Numbered from the stretch's first letter, positions 28,452-38,521 are shown. The stretch is 44,695 nt of DNA from Candidatus Saccharimonadota bacterium (GCA_017405345.1 JAFRAP010000058.1:1-44695); one strand, 5' to 3'. Notes: generated by a model from the letters alone, not told the origin. Numbers and translations are program-made.

Positions 28452-29177
28452 ATGAAAACACCTGCGGTCTCCGTACAAAATTTCACCATGGTTTTTAACG
28501 GCAAGACCATCATTAAGGATCTCTCATTTGACGTTCAGCCTGGCGAGATTTTTGGCTTACTCGGCTCCAATGGTTGTGGCAAGACTACCACCATCCGCGC
28601 CCTGCTTGGGCTTTATCAACCTAGCGGCGGAGAACTACTCGTAAATGGTAAACAGTTCAACCCAAACGATAACACCATCACCATCGGCTACCTGCCAGAA
28701 GAGCGCGGGCTTTACAAAAAAGAGACCGTCCTTGATACTTTTATTTATTTTGGCGAATTAAAAGGGCTAAAAAATCCGCGACAGTGGGCGCTTAATTTCT
28801 TAAAACGTGTTGACCTCTCTGATAAAGCCAACGAAAAAACCGATAAACTTTCTGGTGGGCAGCAACAAAAAATCCAGCTAGGCCTGACCATTATGAACAA
28901 TCCTAAACTTCTAATTTTAGACGAGCCTACCAAAGGCTTTGACCCAGTCAACCGCAAGCTCTTAACGGATATTATTGATGAGCTTCATCAGCAGGGCAGC
29001 ACCGTAATCTTAATCACTCACTACATGGATGAGGTAGAGCGTCTGTGCGACCGCGCACTACTATTAAAAGACGGCGTCGCTCACGCCTATGGCACCATTA
29101 AAGGCATCCGCAAGCAGTTTAAAAATAAAACTTTAGACGAAATTTTTGTCCAAGTTTATGGAGAACAAGATGCGTAG
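28452..29177 (+). CDS. ABC-2 type exporter ATPase
   Basis: GSNGCGKT, YLPEERGLY, LSGGQQQ, LDEP. Confidence 0.92.
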   Translation: MKTPAVSVQNFTMVFNGKTIIKDLSFDVQPGEIFGLLGSNGCGKTTTIRALLGLYQPSGGELLVNGKQFNPNDNTITIGYLPEERGLYKKETVLDTFIYFGELKGLKNPRQWALNFLKRVDLSDKANEKTDKLSGGQQQKIQLGLTIMNNPKLLILDEPTKGFDPVNRKLLTDIIDELHQQGSTVILITHYMDEVERLCDRALLLKDGVAHAYGTIKGIRKQFKNKTLDEIFVQVYGEQDA

Positions 29178-30375
29178 TAAAATTTTTATTGTCACCAAAT
29201 TTGAAATCATCCGTCAGTTAAAGAAGCCCAGCTTCTGGATTGCACTGCTGCTGATGCCACTATTTATCTTTGCCATTGTCGGGCTTTCCGCTATGAACGG
29301 CTACAACGCCGAAACTAGCATCACCGAGGAATGGAATAGCCAAGACTATAAGATCGCCATCACCGACGCCGCCGGGATATTAGAAGCGCAGGAGACGGTG
29401 ACTGATAAAAACGAGGGCATTGAAAAGGTCAAATCTGGCGAAATTGACATCTACTATTATATCCCGGAAAACTTCCTAGAATCCCCCATCATTGAACTCC
29501 ACGCTAAGTCTAAAGATGGCGCCATCTTTGCCAACTTTGAAATACCCTTACGTAATCTCTTAATGTCCTCTGCCGCTAGCCATCTTAACCCTACCGATTT
29601 AACCATCATTACTAACGCTTACCAATTTAACACCACCACCTACAACGCTAACGGGGAAGAAGTCAACTTGTTTGGCCAAGCGCTCGTTCCCATGGCCATC
29701 CTTGGCATTTTCTATATCTTAATCTGCGTCTTTGGCAATCGCCTCATTATGGCCGTAGTAGAGGAGAAGGAAAACCGCATCAGCGAAATGATTCTTACTG
29801 CCGTCTCTGCCAAAGATCTCATCATTGGCAAAATCATTGCCCTCATCACTCTCGGCTTTTTACAAATCGCTGTTTTTGTCATCCCAATTATCGCCGTTCT
29901 GATTATTTACCGTGATAATCCTATGATTACTGAATTACTCAGTATCGCCGAATTCAACCCCTTTGTAATCACCACCAATATTTTACTATTACTATTCTCC
30001 TATTTTCTCTTTGCTGGGCTTTCTACCTTTGTTGGCTCGCTAGTGCCCACCGCGCGCGAAGCTTCTCAATATATCGGTGTGGTAATGCTCCCATTAGTCA
30101 GTCCGCTGTTCTTTATCAGCGATTTCATGTCAGCTAATCCTAGCTTTATTGTCTATTTCTTCTCCTACTTTCCACTTTCTGCACCTATCGCCTTGATGTT
30201 ACGTAATGCTTTTGGCGCATTACCTCCACACGAGCTAATTATCGCATTGGCCGAGCTAGCCATCTGCTCTGCCATCGTCATCCACTGGACTGTTAAGAGT
30301 TTCCAAAAGAATGCTATTAACTTCTCAGTAGTTAAGCCTAAACTTGGCAAACGCAAAACTTGGAAAAAGCGCTAG
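29170..30375 (+). CDS. ABC-2 permease (NatB/YhaP-like)
   Basis: EEKENRISE motif and TM layout; start overlaps the ATPase end. Confidence 0.88.
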   Translation: MRSKIFIVTKFEIIRQLKKPSFWIALLLMPLFIFAIVGLSAMNGYNAETSITEEWNSQDYKIAITDAAGILEAQETVTDKNEGIEKVKSGEIDIYYYIPENFLESPIIELHAKSKDGAIFANFEIPLRNLLMSSAASHLNPTDLTIITNAYQFNTTTYNANGEEVNLFGQALVPMAILGIFYILICVFGNRLIMAVVEEKENRISEMILTAVSAKDLIIGKIIALITLGFLQIAVFVIPIIAVLIIYRDNPMITELLSIAEFNPFVITTNILLLLFSYFLFAGLSTFVGSLVPTAREASQYIGVVMLPLVSPLFFISDFMSANPSFIVYFFSYFPLSAPIALMLRNAFGALPPHELIIALAELAICSAIVIHWTVKSFQKNAINFSVVKPKLGKRKTWKKR

Positions 30376-31013
30376 AAGAACCGCATTTGTGTGAAAGGAT
30401 ACAACCTAAACACCGCCGGGCCAATAATACGGCAATACGGCACTGTGCCTAGACCATTGCGAGAATCATACGAGTGCGTACCTTCACGGTTATCACCAGA
30501 GACAAAAATTTCTCCTTCTGGTACAATCGTGTCAATTTCTCCGGCAGTATGCTCCTTTGGCCCGTCTGTGGCAGATTTACGCGTTTCCTCATCTGGTGAA
30601 AAGCCTTCTGGATGCTCGTCGTTATAGACCGTCAGTTTACCATCTTTTACCTCTACCCGTTCACCCGGAAAGGCAATCACTCGCTTAATGATGTATTGGT
30701 CTGGCACGCCCGGCTCTGCTCCGCAGGTTAGTGGGCCAGTCGCTTCACCATTAGCAAACACAATCACCTGGCCACGCTCCGGTACATATTCCTGACCTAA
30801 AAAGTGTGCTACCGTCACTGGCATTCGGTTAACAATCACCCTGTCATCTCCGTGCAAGGTGTTTTCCATTGACACGCCCACTACATTATATGAACGAAAG
30901 ACATAAGCATTTAACACCAACGTCATCGCAATAATAAATATCACAAAAGACACTAAACTTAACGCATCCTTAAAAACTGGGTGCCTATTCAAGAAGTTTA
31001 TCCTTTTCTCCAT
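30372..31013 (-). CDS. lepB: Signal peptidase I
   Basis: SMENTL, IIKRVIA, GDNR...DSR; start 6 nt after TGCTACAAT. Confidence 0.92.
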   Translation of the reverse strand: MEKRINFLNRHPVFKDALSLVSFVIFIIAMTLVLNAYVFRSYNVVGVSMENTLHGDDRVIVNRMPVTVAHFLGQEYVPERGQVIVFANGEATGPLTCGAEPGVPDQYIIKRVIAFPGERVEVKDGKLTVYNDEHPEGFSPDEETRKSATDGPKEHTAGEIDTIVPEGEIFVSGDNREGTHSYDSRNGLGTVPYCRIIGPAVFRLYPFTQMRFF

Positions 31014-31047
31014 TACTTTATTGTAGCACATTTGGTATAATAGACCT

Positions 31048-31830
31048 ATGGCAGATTTTATTTTTATTCGGAAAAGCCGTAATATTCTCAGCTCCTTCTT
31101 GCATGTTGTTTTTAATCTCCTGCTCGCCATCGGCTCCATCCTCATCACTGTCATTACCGGCAGCTGGATACTCGGTATCATCCTAGTCGCGCTGTCTAAA
31201 TGGCGTGTACTGGCCGTGCGGCCACGCTACTGGCTAGCTAATATTAAGTCTAGCCTAGTAGATTTAATCGTCGGCGGGAGCATCGTCTTAATTACTTATT
31301 GCTCCGGTACAGAAATCATGCCCATCCATTACGCCCTCGGCGTCATCTATGCCATCTGGCTGGTTATCATCAAGCCACGCTCCACCACCACCGCCACCGA
31401 GCTACAATCTCTTATTGCAGTATTCTTTGGCACCACCGCCGTTGTCTTAATGACCGCCTCTGCCGACGCCATCTTCATGGTCGTAGCCTGTTATATCATC
31501 GGCTACGGTGCCGCCCGACACGTCATGATTCAGAGCGACGAACAAGATTTTGCTCTGGCCACCCGCATTTGTGGCTTGGTGGCGGCAGAAGTCGCCTGGA
31601 TTTGCCATGGTTGGCTAATCGTCTATAAATTTGGCAACACTGGTGTCATTTTGCCACAACTTTCAATCATCCTCACCATTCTAGCTTTTTGTTTTGGGCG
31701 AGTTTATCAGTCCATCTTAAAGCACGATGGCAAACTAAGGTTCTCTGAAGTTGCCATGCCCATTTTCTTTAGTATTCTAGTTGTTGCCATCATCGTCATT
31801 GGCTTCAGCAAGCCCATCTTTGATATTTAA
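31048..31830 (+). CDS. Hypothetical multi-pass membrane protein
   Basis: About 8 hydrophobic segments; SKWRVLAVRPRYW. Confidence 0.7.
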   Translation: MADFIFIRKSRNILSSFLHVVFNLLLAIGSILITVITGSWILGIILVALSKWRVLAVRPRYWLANIKSSLVDLIVGGSIVLITYCSGTEIMPIHYALGVIYAIWLVIIKPRSTTTATELQSLIAVFFGTTAVVLMTASADAIFMVVACYIIGYGAARHVMIQSDEQDFALATRICGLVAAEVAWICHGWLIVYKFGNTGVILPQLSIILTILAFCFGRVYQSILKHDGKLRFSEVAMPIFFSILVVAIIVIGFSKPIFDI

Positions 31831-31841
31831 CGGAGGTTTTT

Positions 31842-32993
31842 ATGCCAAAACAAACTACCAAGCAACCCATTAAACTGCAATCACAGCATCTAGCAATCGT
31901 TCTGGCTGCTCTAGCGTTACTGCTCGGTAGCACCAGCCTAACTATCAATATTATCAATCTACTCAGCGGCGATACTCCCATAACTTTCCTTGGTGGCGGC
32001 GCTGATGGCAACTCGGCCAATTTTACCGAAGGCTCCATCGCGGACGTTGCCAGCAAGGTTTCCCCTGCAGTAGTTTCAATTTTAACAGAAACCACCACTG
32101 AAGGCTGGTTTGGTAATAGTATATCTGGCCAAGCTGCCGGCACTGGGTTTATTATTTCTAGCGATGGCTACATCTTAACTAACAAACATGTGATAGAGGA
32201 CGCCAGCAGTATCTCTGTTGTAACTGATGATGGTAATACTCACACTGATGTAGAATTCATCGGGACAGACCCACTCAACGACGTTGCCATCATAAAGATC
32301 CCTCATGCCGAGAATCTCCCCACCGTCAAGCTCGGCGATTCTAAGACCATCACCATCGGGCAGCAGGTCATCGCCGTCGGCAATACGCTTGGGCAATATT
32401 CTAACACCGTTACTGCCGGCATCATTTCTGGGCAAAATCGTTCCATCACTGCCACCGACAATTCTGGTGGCAAGGCCGAGACTCTTACCGATATGCTCCA
32501 GACCGATGCTTCCATCAATCAGGGCAATTCTGGCGGGCCACTAGTTAACGCCGCCGGGGAAGTTGTCGGCATTAATACCGCCGTAGCCACTTCAGCTAAT
32601 AATCTCGGCTTTGCCATACCGATTGCTAGTGTTAAGGGTATGGTCAAGCGCGTCCAGGCAACCGGCAAGGTAGAGCGCGCGTACTTGGGGATTTATTATA
32701 TCAGCGTTACTCCAGAAGTCGCTAAAAAATACGACCTGCCAACTGACACCGGCGCTTACCTTCATGTTTCTGACCGTCGTTCGGCGATTTTGCGCGGTAG
32801 TACTGCAGCCGAAGCCGGGCTAGAAGATGACGATATTATTGTATCTGTTAACGGTATTAAGGTTGGCAATGCTGGCTCTGTCAGCACCTTAATCGGCGAG
32901 TACGCCGTGGGCGATCATGTCCAGCTTGGCGTAGTCAGAGATGGCAAAACCATCGCCATTAACGCTACACTTCAGGCCTATCCTAACGATTAA
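31842..32993 (+). CDS. htrA: HtrA/DegP serine protease with PDZ domain
   Basis: TNKHV, DVA, QTDASINQGNSGGPL, C-terminal PDZ. Confidence 0.95.
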   Translation: MPKQTTKQPIKLQSQHLAIVLAALALLLGSTSLTINIINLLSGDTPITFLGGGADGNSANFTEGSIADVASKVSPAVVSILTETTTEGWFGNSISGQAAGTGFIISSDGYILTNKHVIEDASSISVVTDDGNTHTDVEFIGTDPLNDVAIIKIPHAENLPTVKLGDSKTITIGQQVIAVGNTLGQYSNTVTAGIISGQNRSITATDNSGGKAETLTDMLQTDASINQGNSGGPLVNAAGEVVGINTAVATSANNLGFAIPIASVKGMVKRVQATGKVERAYLGIYYISVTPEVAKKYDLPTDTGAYLHVSDRRSAILRGSTAAEAGLEDDDIIVSVNGIKVGNAGSVSTLIGEYAVGDHVQLGVVRDGKTIAINATLQAYPND

Positions 32994-33804
32994 ATTTAAA
33001 TACTAGCCCAAAATCTTTTGTCTTTACCAAATCAAACCCCTTCGTCTTAGCATATTCGGCAATTTTTTCATGCTGACAAGGGTCTGCTTCTAATACTAAA
33101 TATTTCGTACATTTACGTCTGGCCGCCTGATGAATCAACTTTTTAATTAAGGCTAGACCTTCATCTTTTGCATAAAGCGCTTCTGCCGGCTCATATGCCA
33201 AGGCTTTTTTATCTAGCCAGTCCCATTTCTTATCTACATATGGCAGATTAGCCACAATCACTTCTGTACGGATTTTTAAGTCTCCTAATAAATCTGAGTA
33301 CATCAGGCCAAACCATTCTGATGAATGTACCGGATGATCCCACTCCTCTAGTAGCCTCCACTCTATTGCGTTGTCTCGCGCTAACATTAAGGCATTTTCT
33401 GAATTATCCAACCCCACTATTCGTGCATCTGGTAATTCTAACGCCAAGGTAACAGCAATACAGCCAGAGCCAGTCCCCACTTCTAGAATACTCTTTGGGT
33501 TCAGCTCTTTCACTAAATCTATCAACGCTTCTGTTTCTGGGCGGGGAATCAAGGCACGTGAATCTACTAAAAACTTCCGTCCGTAAAACTCCTTATATCC
33601 TAAAATATACGCTAGCGGCTCTCCGTTCTTGCGGCAATCTACATTAAGCTCAATCCTCTTCATCTGCCCGTCATCTAGTTTTATGTCTTCATGCGCCGTC
33701 AGAAAACTTTTATCTTCACCTGGCGCAATTTCATTCAAAATTATCAGATCCAGCTCGTTTTTATCCAAGCCAAACTTTTTCTTCCTTAATTCCTTTACTA
33801 ACAC
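32983..33804 (-). CDS. prmC: Release factor glutamine methyltransferase
   Basis: EPLAYILG, LIPRPETE, GTGSGCI, NLPY; directly downstream of prfA. Confidence 0.92.
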   Translation of the reverse strand: MLVKELRKKKFGLDKNELDLIILNEIAPGEDKSFLTAHEDIKLDDGQMKRIELNVDCRKNGEPLAYILGYKEFYGRKFLVDSRALIPRPETEALIDLVKELNPKSILEVGTGSGCIAVTLALELPDARIVGLDNSENALMLARDNAIEWRLLEEWDHPVHSSEWFGLMYSDLLGDLKIRTEVIVANLPYVDKKWDWLDKKALAYEPAEALYAKDEGLALIKKLIHQAARRKCTKYLVLEADPCQHEKIAEYAKTKGFDLVKTKDFGLVFKFNR

Positions 33805-34853
33805 TATTCCTCTTTAGTAATTTCTCGCTCGTGACGCGTCAACTCTTCAATTAAGTCATCAATCTCACCATCCATCGCCGCACCAATATTACTACGTGAG
33901 TAATGAATGCGATGATCTGTGATTCTGTCTTGCGGAAAATTATAGGTGCGAATTTTTTCGCTACGATCACCCGTACCAATTAAAGATTTGCGCGCGCTGG
34001 ATGCCGCCGCTAGCTCCTCTTCCTTTTGTTTTTGAGTCAGGCGCGAACGCAAGATTGTCATCGCTCGCTCTTTATTCTGTCGCTGAGAACGCTCATCTTG
34101 CATTGCCACTACAATTCCGGTAGGTAAATGGGTAATGCGCACTGCAGAATCTGTCGTATTAACAGATTGCCCACCATGCCCACCAGAACGATAAATATCA
34201 ATTCTGAGGTCTTCCGGCTTAATCTCAATCTCGCTCTCCTCGGCCTCCGGCAATACCGCTACTGTTACCGTGGATGTATGCACTCGCCCTTGACTTTCCG
34301 TCACCGGCACACGCTGCACCCGATGCACACCACCCTCAAATTTCAGCTGACCATACGGCTGCTCACCACTCAGGCGAAAAATCACTTCCTTCATCCCGCC
34401 AGCCTCGTTCTCATTCTGAGAGATTAACTCTGCCTTTAAGCCATGAGTTTCTGCATAGTGCAGGTACATCCGATAAAGCTCCGCCGCAAACAGTGACGCC
34501 TCATCACCACCTGCTCCTGCCCTAATCTCCATAATCACTGGCTTGTCATCGTTCGGGTCACGCGGAGTCAGTAGTTCTTCCAGCTCGGCAGTTTTTTGCT
34601 TAATCTCCACCTTGGCATGATCAATGTCTGCCTGCGCCAGCTCCCCCAACTCGGCATCATTTACTAGCTCTTCTGCTGTTTTTAGATTACTCTCCAGCCG
34701 CTCTAGCTCCTGGGATAGCTCAATAATTTTATTAACTTCTGCTAATCGCCGAGATTTCGCCGCAAAATCGGCACTCGCATAAGCTTCCGGGCTAGCTAAA
34801 AACTGCTCAATATCCTTCGCTTCACTCTTAAATTTATTTATGTCTACTTCCAT
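33804..34853 (-). CDS. prfA: Peptide chain release factor 1
   Basis: PVT motif, [12 protein letters not shown]. Confidence 0.96.
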   Translation of the reverse strand: MEVDINKFKSEAKDIEQFLASPEAYASADFAAKSRRLAEVNKIIELSQELERLESNLKTAEELVNDAELGELAQADIDHAKVEIKQKTAELEELLTPRDPNDDKPVIMEIRAGAGGDEASLFAAELYRMYLHYAETHGLKAELISQNENEAGGMKEVIFRLSGEQPYGQLKFEGGVHRVQRVPVTESQGRVHTSTVTVAVLPEAEESEIEIKPEDLRIDIYRSGGHGGQSVNTTDSAVRITHLPTGIVVAMQDERSQRQNKERAMTILRSRLTQKQKEEELAAASSARKSLIGTGDRSEKIRTYNFPQDRITDHRIHYSRSNIGAAMDGEIDDLIEELTRHEREITKEE

Positions 34854-34873
34854 ATATGTTATAATTATACCAT

Positions 34874-34950
34874 GGATCCTTAGCTCAGTTGGCTAGAGCG
34901 TACGATTCACATTCGTAAGGTCAGAGGTTCAAGCCCTCTAGGATCCACCA
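34874..34950 (+). tRNA. tRNA-Val(CAC)
   Basis: GGATCCT/AGGATCC acceptor stem plus ACCA; anticodon arm TACGA-TTCACAT-TCGTA. Confidence 0.9.
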
Positions 34951-34965
34951 CGTTAGGATTCAAGT

Positions 34966-34994
34966 AAAAAAGCGCTCCTTTAGGAGCGCTTTTT
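34966..34994. terminator. Bidirectional terminator (tRNA-Val / degV-family gene)
   Basis: aaaaaagcgctcct-tt-aggagcgcttttt. Confidence 0.85.
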
Positions 34995-34998
34995 ATTG

Positions 34999-35967
34999 TT
35001 ACAATTCGTGAAAAATCTTGGCAGTCTCTTCAAAACTAGCCGGCTTGCGATGATAGTTAACATGGATGGATGTTGGCCCACCGTGTGCTTGAATTGCCGC
35101 ACCACAGCGCCAATCCGGGCCATAAAGCACCTGCGCCTTCGGCAGACGTTCGCTTAAAGCTCCAGCAATCATCTCCGCCTTTTCTGGTAGGTTACCATGC
35201 GCCACCGTAATTACGCCCCGCTCGTCATCAATAGTAGCTTTTACAAATTTTGACAAAATATTAACAAATTTATGCGTGCCTCTAATCTTGTTAGAAATTG
35301 CGATTAGTGGACGCTCACCTCTTAAATATTCTGCAGAACATAGTGGACGAAGCTCTAGCATCTTACCAATCGTTGCAGATAATGCATTTACTTTGCCAGA
35401 CTTCACAATATAGGTAAAGTCAAGCCAAGTAAACACGTGTGCAATTTTAGACTGGTTTACTGCTACATGCTCACGGACGTCGTCTAAGGTTTTTGGCTCG
35501 CTCGCTATTAAATCCATAATCAGCATTGCCAATCCCGTAGAAGCACACTCGGTGTCAAGACACAGCGCCATTGCTGAATGGGCATATCGCTCGTTCAGCT
35601 CGTTGTAGAGCACATGGACTTGGCCATAAGTGCCAGAAATCGCCGAATTCATCGCCAAATAAACCACGTCTATACCCTCTTCCAAAAATTGGCGGGTTAA
35701 GCGCTCCACACTAATAATGTCTCGCTGCTCTTCGTCTTCAGTCTCCCAAATAATCGGCAGGCTAGTCCGTGTGGTATAGCCCTGCTTTACGTAGGCGTCC
35801 GCCCGGTCAAAAGTATCTGGTGTTAAATCTTTAAATATTATCCCTCGGCAGCCACGTTTTGTGGCAATGACTGGCGTATCTACTACGATGATTTCTGGAT
35901 GAGACTTTAGCCATGTGGCCGGCAAATCGCACACTGCATCAGTCAAAATCTGAAAACTTCTTGCCAT
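34999..35967 (-). CDS. DegV family fatty-acid-binding protein
   Basis: ILTDAVCDL, TSLP, SAISGTY, SGKV, AHGGP. Confidence 0.85.
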   Translation of the reverse strand: MARSFQILTDAVCDLPATWLKSHPEIIVVDTPVIATKRGCRGIIFKDLTPDTFDRADAYVKQGYTTRTSLPIIWETEDEEQRDIISVERLTRQFLEEGIDVVYLAMNSAISGTYGQVHVLYNELNERYAHSAMALCLDTECASTGLAMLIMDLIASEPKTLDDVREHVAVNQSKIAHVFTWLDFTYIVKSGKVNALSATIGKMLELRPLCSAEYLRGERPLIAISNKIRGTHKFVNILSKFVKATIDDERGVITVAHGNLPEKAEMIAGALSERLPKAQVLYGPDWRCGAAIQAHGGPTSIHVNYHRKPASFEETAKIFHEL

Positions 35968-36109
35968 TTTTCACCTCCTAAGTTACTACAACTCCCACCA
36001 AGTTATCTATTTATATTTTACAACTTTTTCTATAAAAATCAAGGAATTTTTTCTTTGCATTTTTTACACGAACTGCTTATAATTAAACTAAGTAAACAAG
36101 GAGTGTGAT

Positions 36110-36802
36110 ATGAAAAAATACGTCGCCGAATTTATCGGCACAGCCGTTTTGGTGCTGATTGGCTGCGGCACCGCCATGGCGGTAGGGTGTAATCCTGCTG
36201 CTGGCAGCGGCTATATTCTAACTGCCTTTGCCTTTGGCTTAGGTCTGCTGACCATGGCTTACAGCATCGGCAATGTTTCTGGCTGCCATATTAATCCAGC
36301 CGTATCTTTCGGCATGCTACTCTCTGGCCGCATGAAAGCTGGGGAATTTGTCAAATACATCATCGCTCAAGTGCTCGGTGCGTTGGCTGGCGCAGGGATT
36401 TTAGCCTTCGTCTTCCATATCGCCAACATTAACGATATGACTGGCGGCCTAGGCAGCAACGGCCTTACCGGCGTCAATGATAATATCTGGGCTGGGCTAA
36501 TTATTGAGACTCTGCTCACCTTTATCTTCGTGCTATCCATCCTGGGCGTCACCGCCAAAAAAGCTGCCCACGGGCACGTCTTTGGTGTTGTCATCGCCTT
36601 CTCTTTGGTGGCCGTCCATATTCTTGGCATTAACCTCACCGGCACCAGCGTAAATCCAGCTCGCTCCATCGGCCCAGCTGTCATCTCTGCCGTCTTTAAC
36701 GGCAACGGTGCTGCCATGGTGCCACTCTGGATTTTTGTGTTAGCCCCCATGGTCGGCGGCGCACTTGCAGCCTACACTTACAAGTATCTAGAGGCTAAAT
36801 AA
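36110..36802 (+). CDS. Aquaporin (MIP family, AqpZ-like)
   Basis: AEFIGT and two NPA motifs. Confidence 0.93.
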   Translation: MKKYVAEFIGTAVLVLIGCGTAMAVGCNPAAGSGYILTAFAFGLGLLTMAYSIGNVSGCHINPAVSFGMLLSGRMKAGEFVKYIIAQVLGALAGAGILAFVFHIANINDMTGGLGSNGLTGVNDNIWAGLIIETLLTFIFVLSILGVTAKKAAHGHVFGVVIAFSLVAVHILGINLTGTSVNPARSIGPAVISAVFNGNGAAMVPLWIFVLAPMVGGALAAYTYKYLEAK

Positions 36803-36819
36803 ACTAAACCAACAAGAAA

Positions 36820-36850
36820 ATCCCTCTCGCCTTGGCGAGAGGGATATTTT
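36820..36850. terminator. Bidirectional terminator
   Basis: atccctctcgcc-tt-ggcgagagggat. Confidence 0.85.
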
Positions 36851-36856
36851 GATAAC

Positions 36857-37207
36857 TCAAGCTGTCGCGAGTAGGGCAGAAAGCCCCAGGTAATCAGACT
36901 GGCGCAGGTGTACCATTTTACACCGCATGTCATTGAAAGTTGCCACAATATCATCAGAGAGGTCTTTTTCATACAAATTTTCAATTGCCTCCCAGATACA
37001 ATGGTCTATTTCCACCATCAGTGGCAACAGCTGCATTCGCACCAAGTCTTCTCTAATCCGAGAATCCATGGGCTCCCAAGTCTTGGGGTCTAGCAGCATG
37101 GCTAGCGCCACCAATGTTTCTGCATTGTGTAGACGTTCTGCCGTAATTCCGTCGCCTCTTACTTTGCGTATCAAGGCTTTGACTCGGTTGACTTTATTTC
37201 CTGACAT
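36857..37207 (-). CDS. Hypothetical protein, predicted helical
   Basis: AAGGAGGTG SD; own promoter TTGACT-17-TACAAT; ends at a terminator. Confidence 0.65.
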   Translation of the reverse strand: MSGNKVNRVKALIRKVRGDGITAERLHNAETLVALAMLLDPKTWEPMDSRIREDLVRMQLLPLMVEIDHCIWEAIENLYEKDLSDDIVATFNDMRCKMVHLRQSDYLGLSALLATA

Positions 37208-37329
37208 AATCCACCTCCTTTGTCAGAAACACTCCGGTATACCGGACTTCAGTAACAGTTATCAATAAAAATGTGCTACAACCTATCTATTGTAGCACAC
37301 TTATGCCTAAAAGTCAAGTATTATACCAC

Positions 37330-37680
37330 TTATGCTTCAGCTTTCTCAGGCTTTTCCGCCTTTTTAACCTTAGCGGCAGCGGCTTTTTCAGCCTTTTTAG
37401 CCTTGTTACCAAGCGCCTGCTTTAGTGCGGCAGCCTTCTTAGCGCGCGCCTTAAAGCGATCTACGCGACCCTCAGTATCAATAATCTTCTCCTCACCGGT
37501 AAAGAATGGGTGAGAAGCAGATGAAATCTGCACTTTTACCAGGGGATATTCCTTGCCATCAGTCCACTTGATGGTTTCTTCGCTCTTGGCGGTGGACTTC
37601 GTCAAGAAAGAGAACTTTGCAGTCTCATCAGCAAAGACCACATAGCGATAATCTTTAGGGTGTAATTCTGTTTTACTCAT
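37330..37680 (-). CDS. rpmE: 50S ribosomal protein L31 type B with Lys/Ala tail
   Basis: [26 protein letters not shown]; no Cys. Confidence 0.93.
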   Translation of the reverse strand: MSKTELHPKDYRYVVFADETAKFSFLTKSTAKSEETIKWTDGKEYPLVKVQISSASHPFFTGEEKIIDTEGRVDRFKARAKKAAALKQALGNKAKKAEKAAAAKVKKAEKPEKAEA

Positions 37681-37825
37681 AGTTGCACCCAATTATACCA
37701 GAGAATTCATAATAAGTCTAGACTTGTTTTACAGAATGTGCTAAAATAATAGAGTTACTAATTTTAATGAAACAATTCTCCGCAGTTTTCCTGATGACGA
37801 GCGGGGAATGAAGGGAAAGGAAAAC

Positions 37826-38512
37826 ATGTCCATAAAGCCTGACATGAAGGCCCTCTTAGAGTCTGGCGCCCACTTTGGTCACAAGACTAGTCGCTGGCAC
37901 CCCAAGATGGCTCCATACATCCACAGCAAGCGCCAAAACGCGCACATTATTAACCTAGAAAAGACCGTAGCGGCACTAGACAAAGCCCTACCAGAGCTAA
38001 CCAAGTTAGTTGCTGGTGGTAAGAAAGTGCTCTTTGTTGGCACTAAAAAGCAGCAGAAAGACCTAGTAAAGGCCGCTGCCGAGTCTGTAGAGATGCCCTA
38101 CGTCACCGTACGTTGGGTTGGTGGTACGCTCACTAATGTAGACACCATTAACCGCCAGATTAAAAAGCTCCAGGACTTAGAGCGCCGTATGGCTTCTGGC
38201 GAGCTAGAAAATCGCTATTCTAAGCTAGAGGTACAACGCTTCCAGGAAGAAATTGACACCTTGAACGAGCGCTACGGAGGCATTAAATCCATGACCGAGC
38301 AGCCTGCTGCTATCATCGTGGTGGACTCATTTGTAGACAAAAACGCCATTCGTGAGGCTCTCGCATTGAACATCCCGGTCTTTGCCATCTGCGACACCAA
38401 CGTAGATCCATCCGGCATTACTTATGTTATTCCTGGTAACGATGATTCCGTTAAAGCCACTCAGCTATTTTTGGATTATTTTGTGGCAGCAATTAAAGAA
38501 GGTAAGAAATAG
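37826..38512 (+). CDS. rpsB: 30S ribosomal protein S2
   Basis: GAHFGH, FVGTKKQ, RWVGGTLTN, IPGNDDS; AAAGGA SD before ATG 37826. Confidence 0.97.
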   Translation: MSIKPDMKALLESGAHFGHKTSRWHPKMAPYIHSKRQNAHIINLEKTVAALDKALPELTKLVAGGKKVLFVGTKKQQKDLVKAAAESVEMPYVTVRWVGGTLTNVDTINRQIKKLQDLERRMASGELENRYSKLEVQRFQEEIDTLNERYGGIKSMTEQPAAIIVVDSFVDKNAIREALALNIPVFAICDTNVDPSGITYVIPGNDDSVKATQLFLDYFVAAIKEGKK

Positions 38513-38521
38513 GAGGCTATT

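Noticed and set aside
33300-33365. Odd segment in PrmC (EWRLLEEWDHPVHSSEW) at a position analogous to the RlmD insert
   Set aside because: No similarity to the element on either strand and not palindromic.
37791-37818. CUGAUGA...GAAA resembling a hammerhead ribozyme core
   Set aside because: No stem II pairing between the motifs and no stem III or cleavage triplet; the pseudoknot reading fits better.
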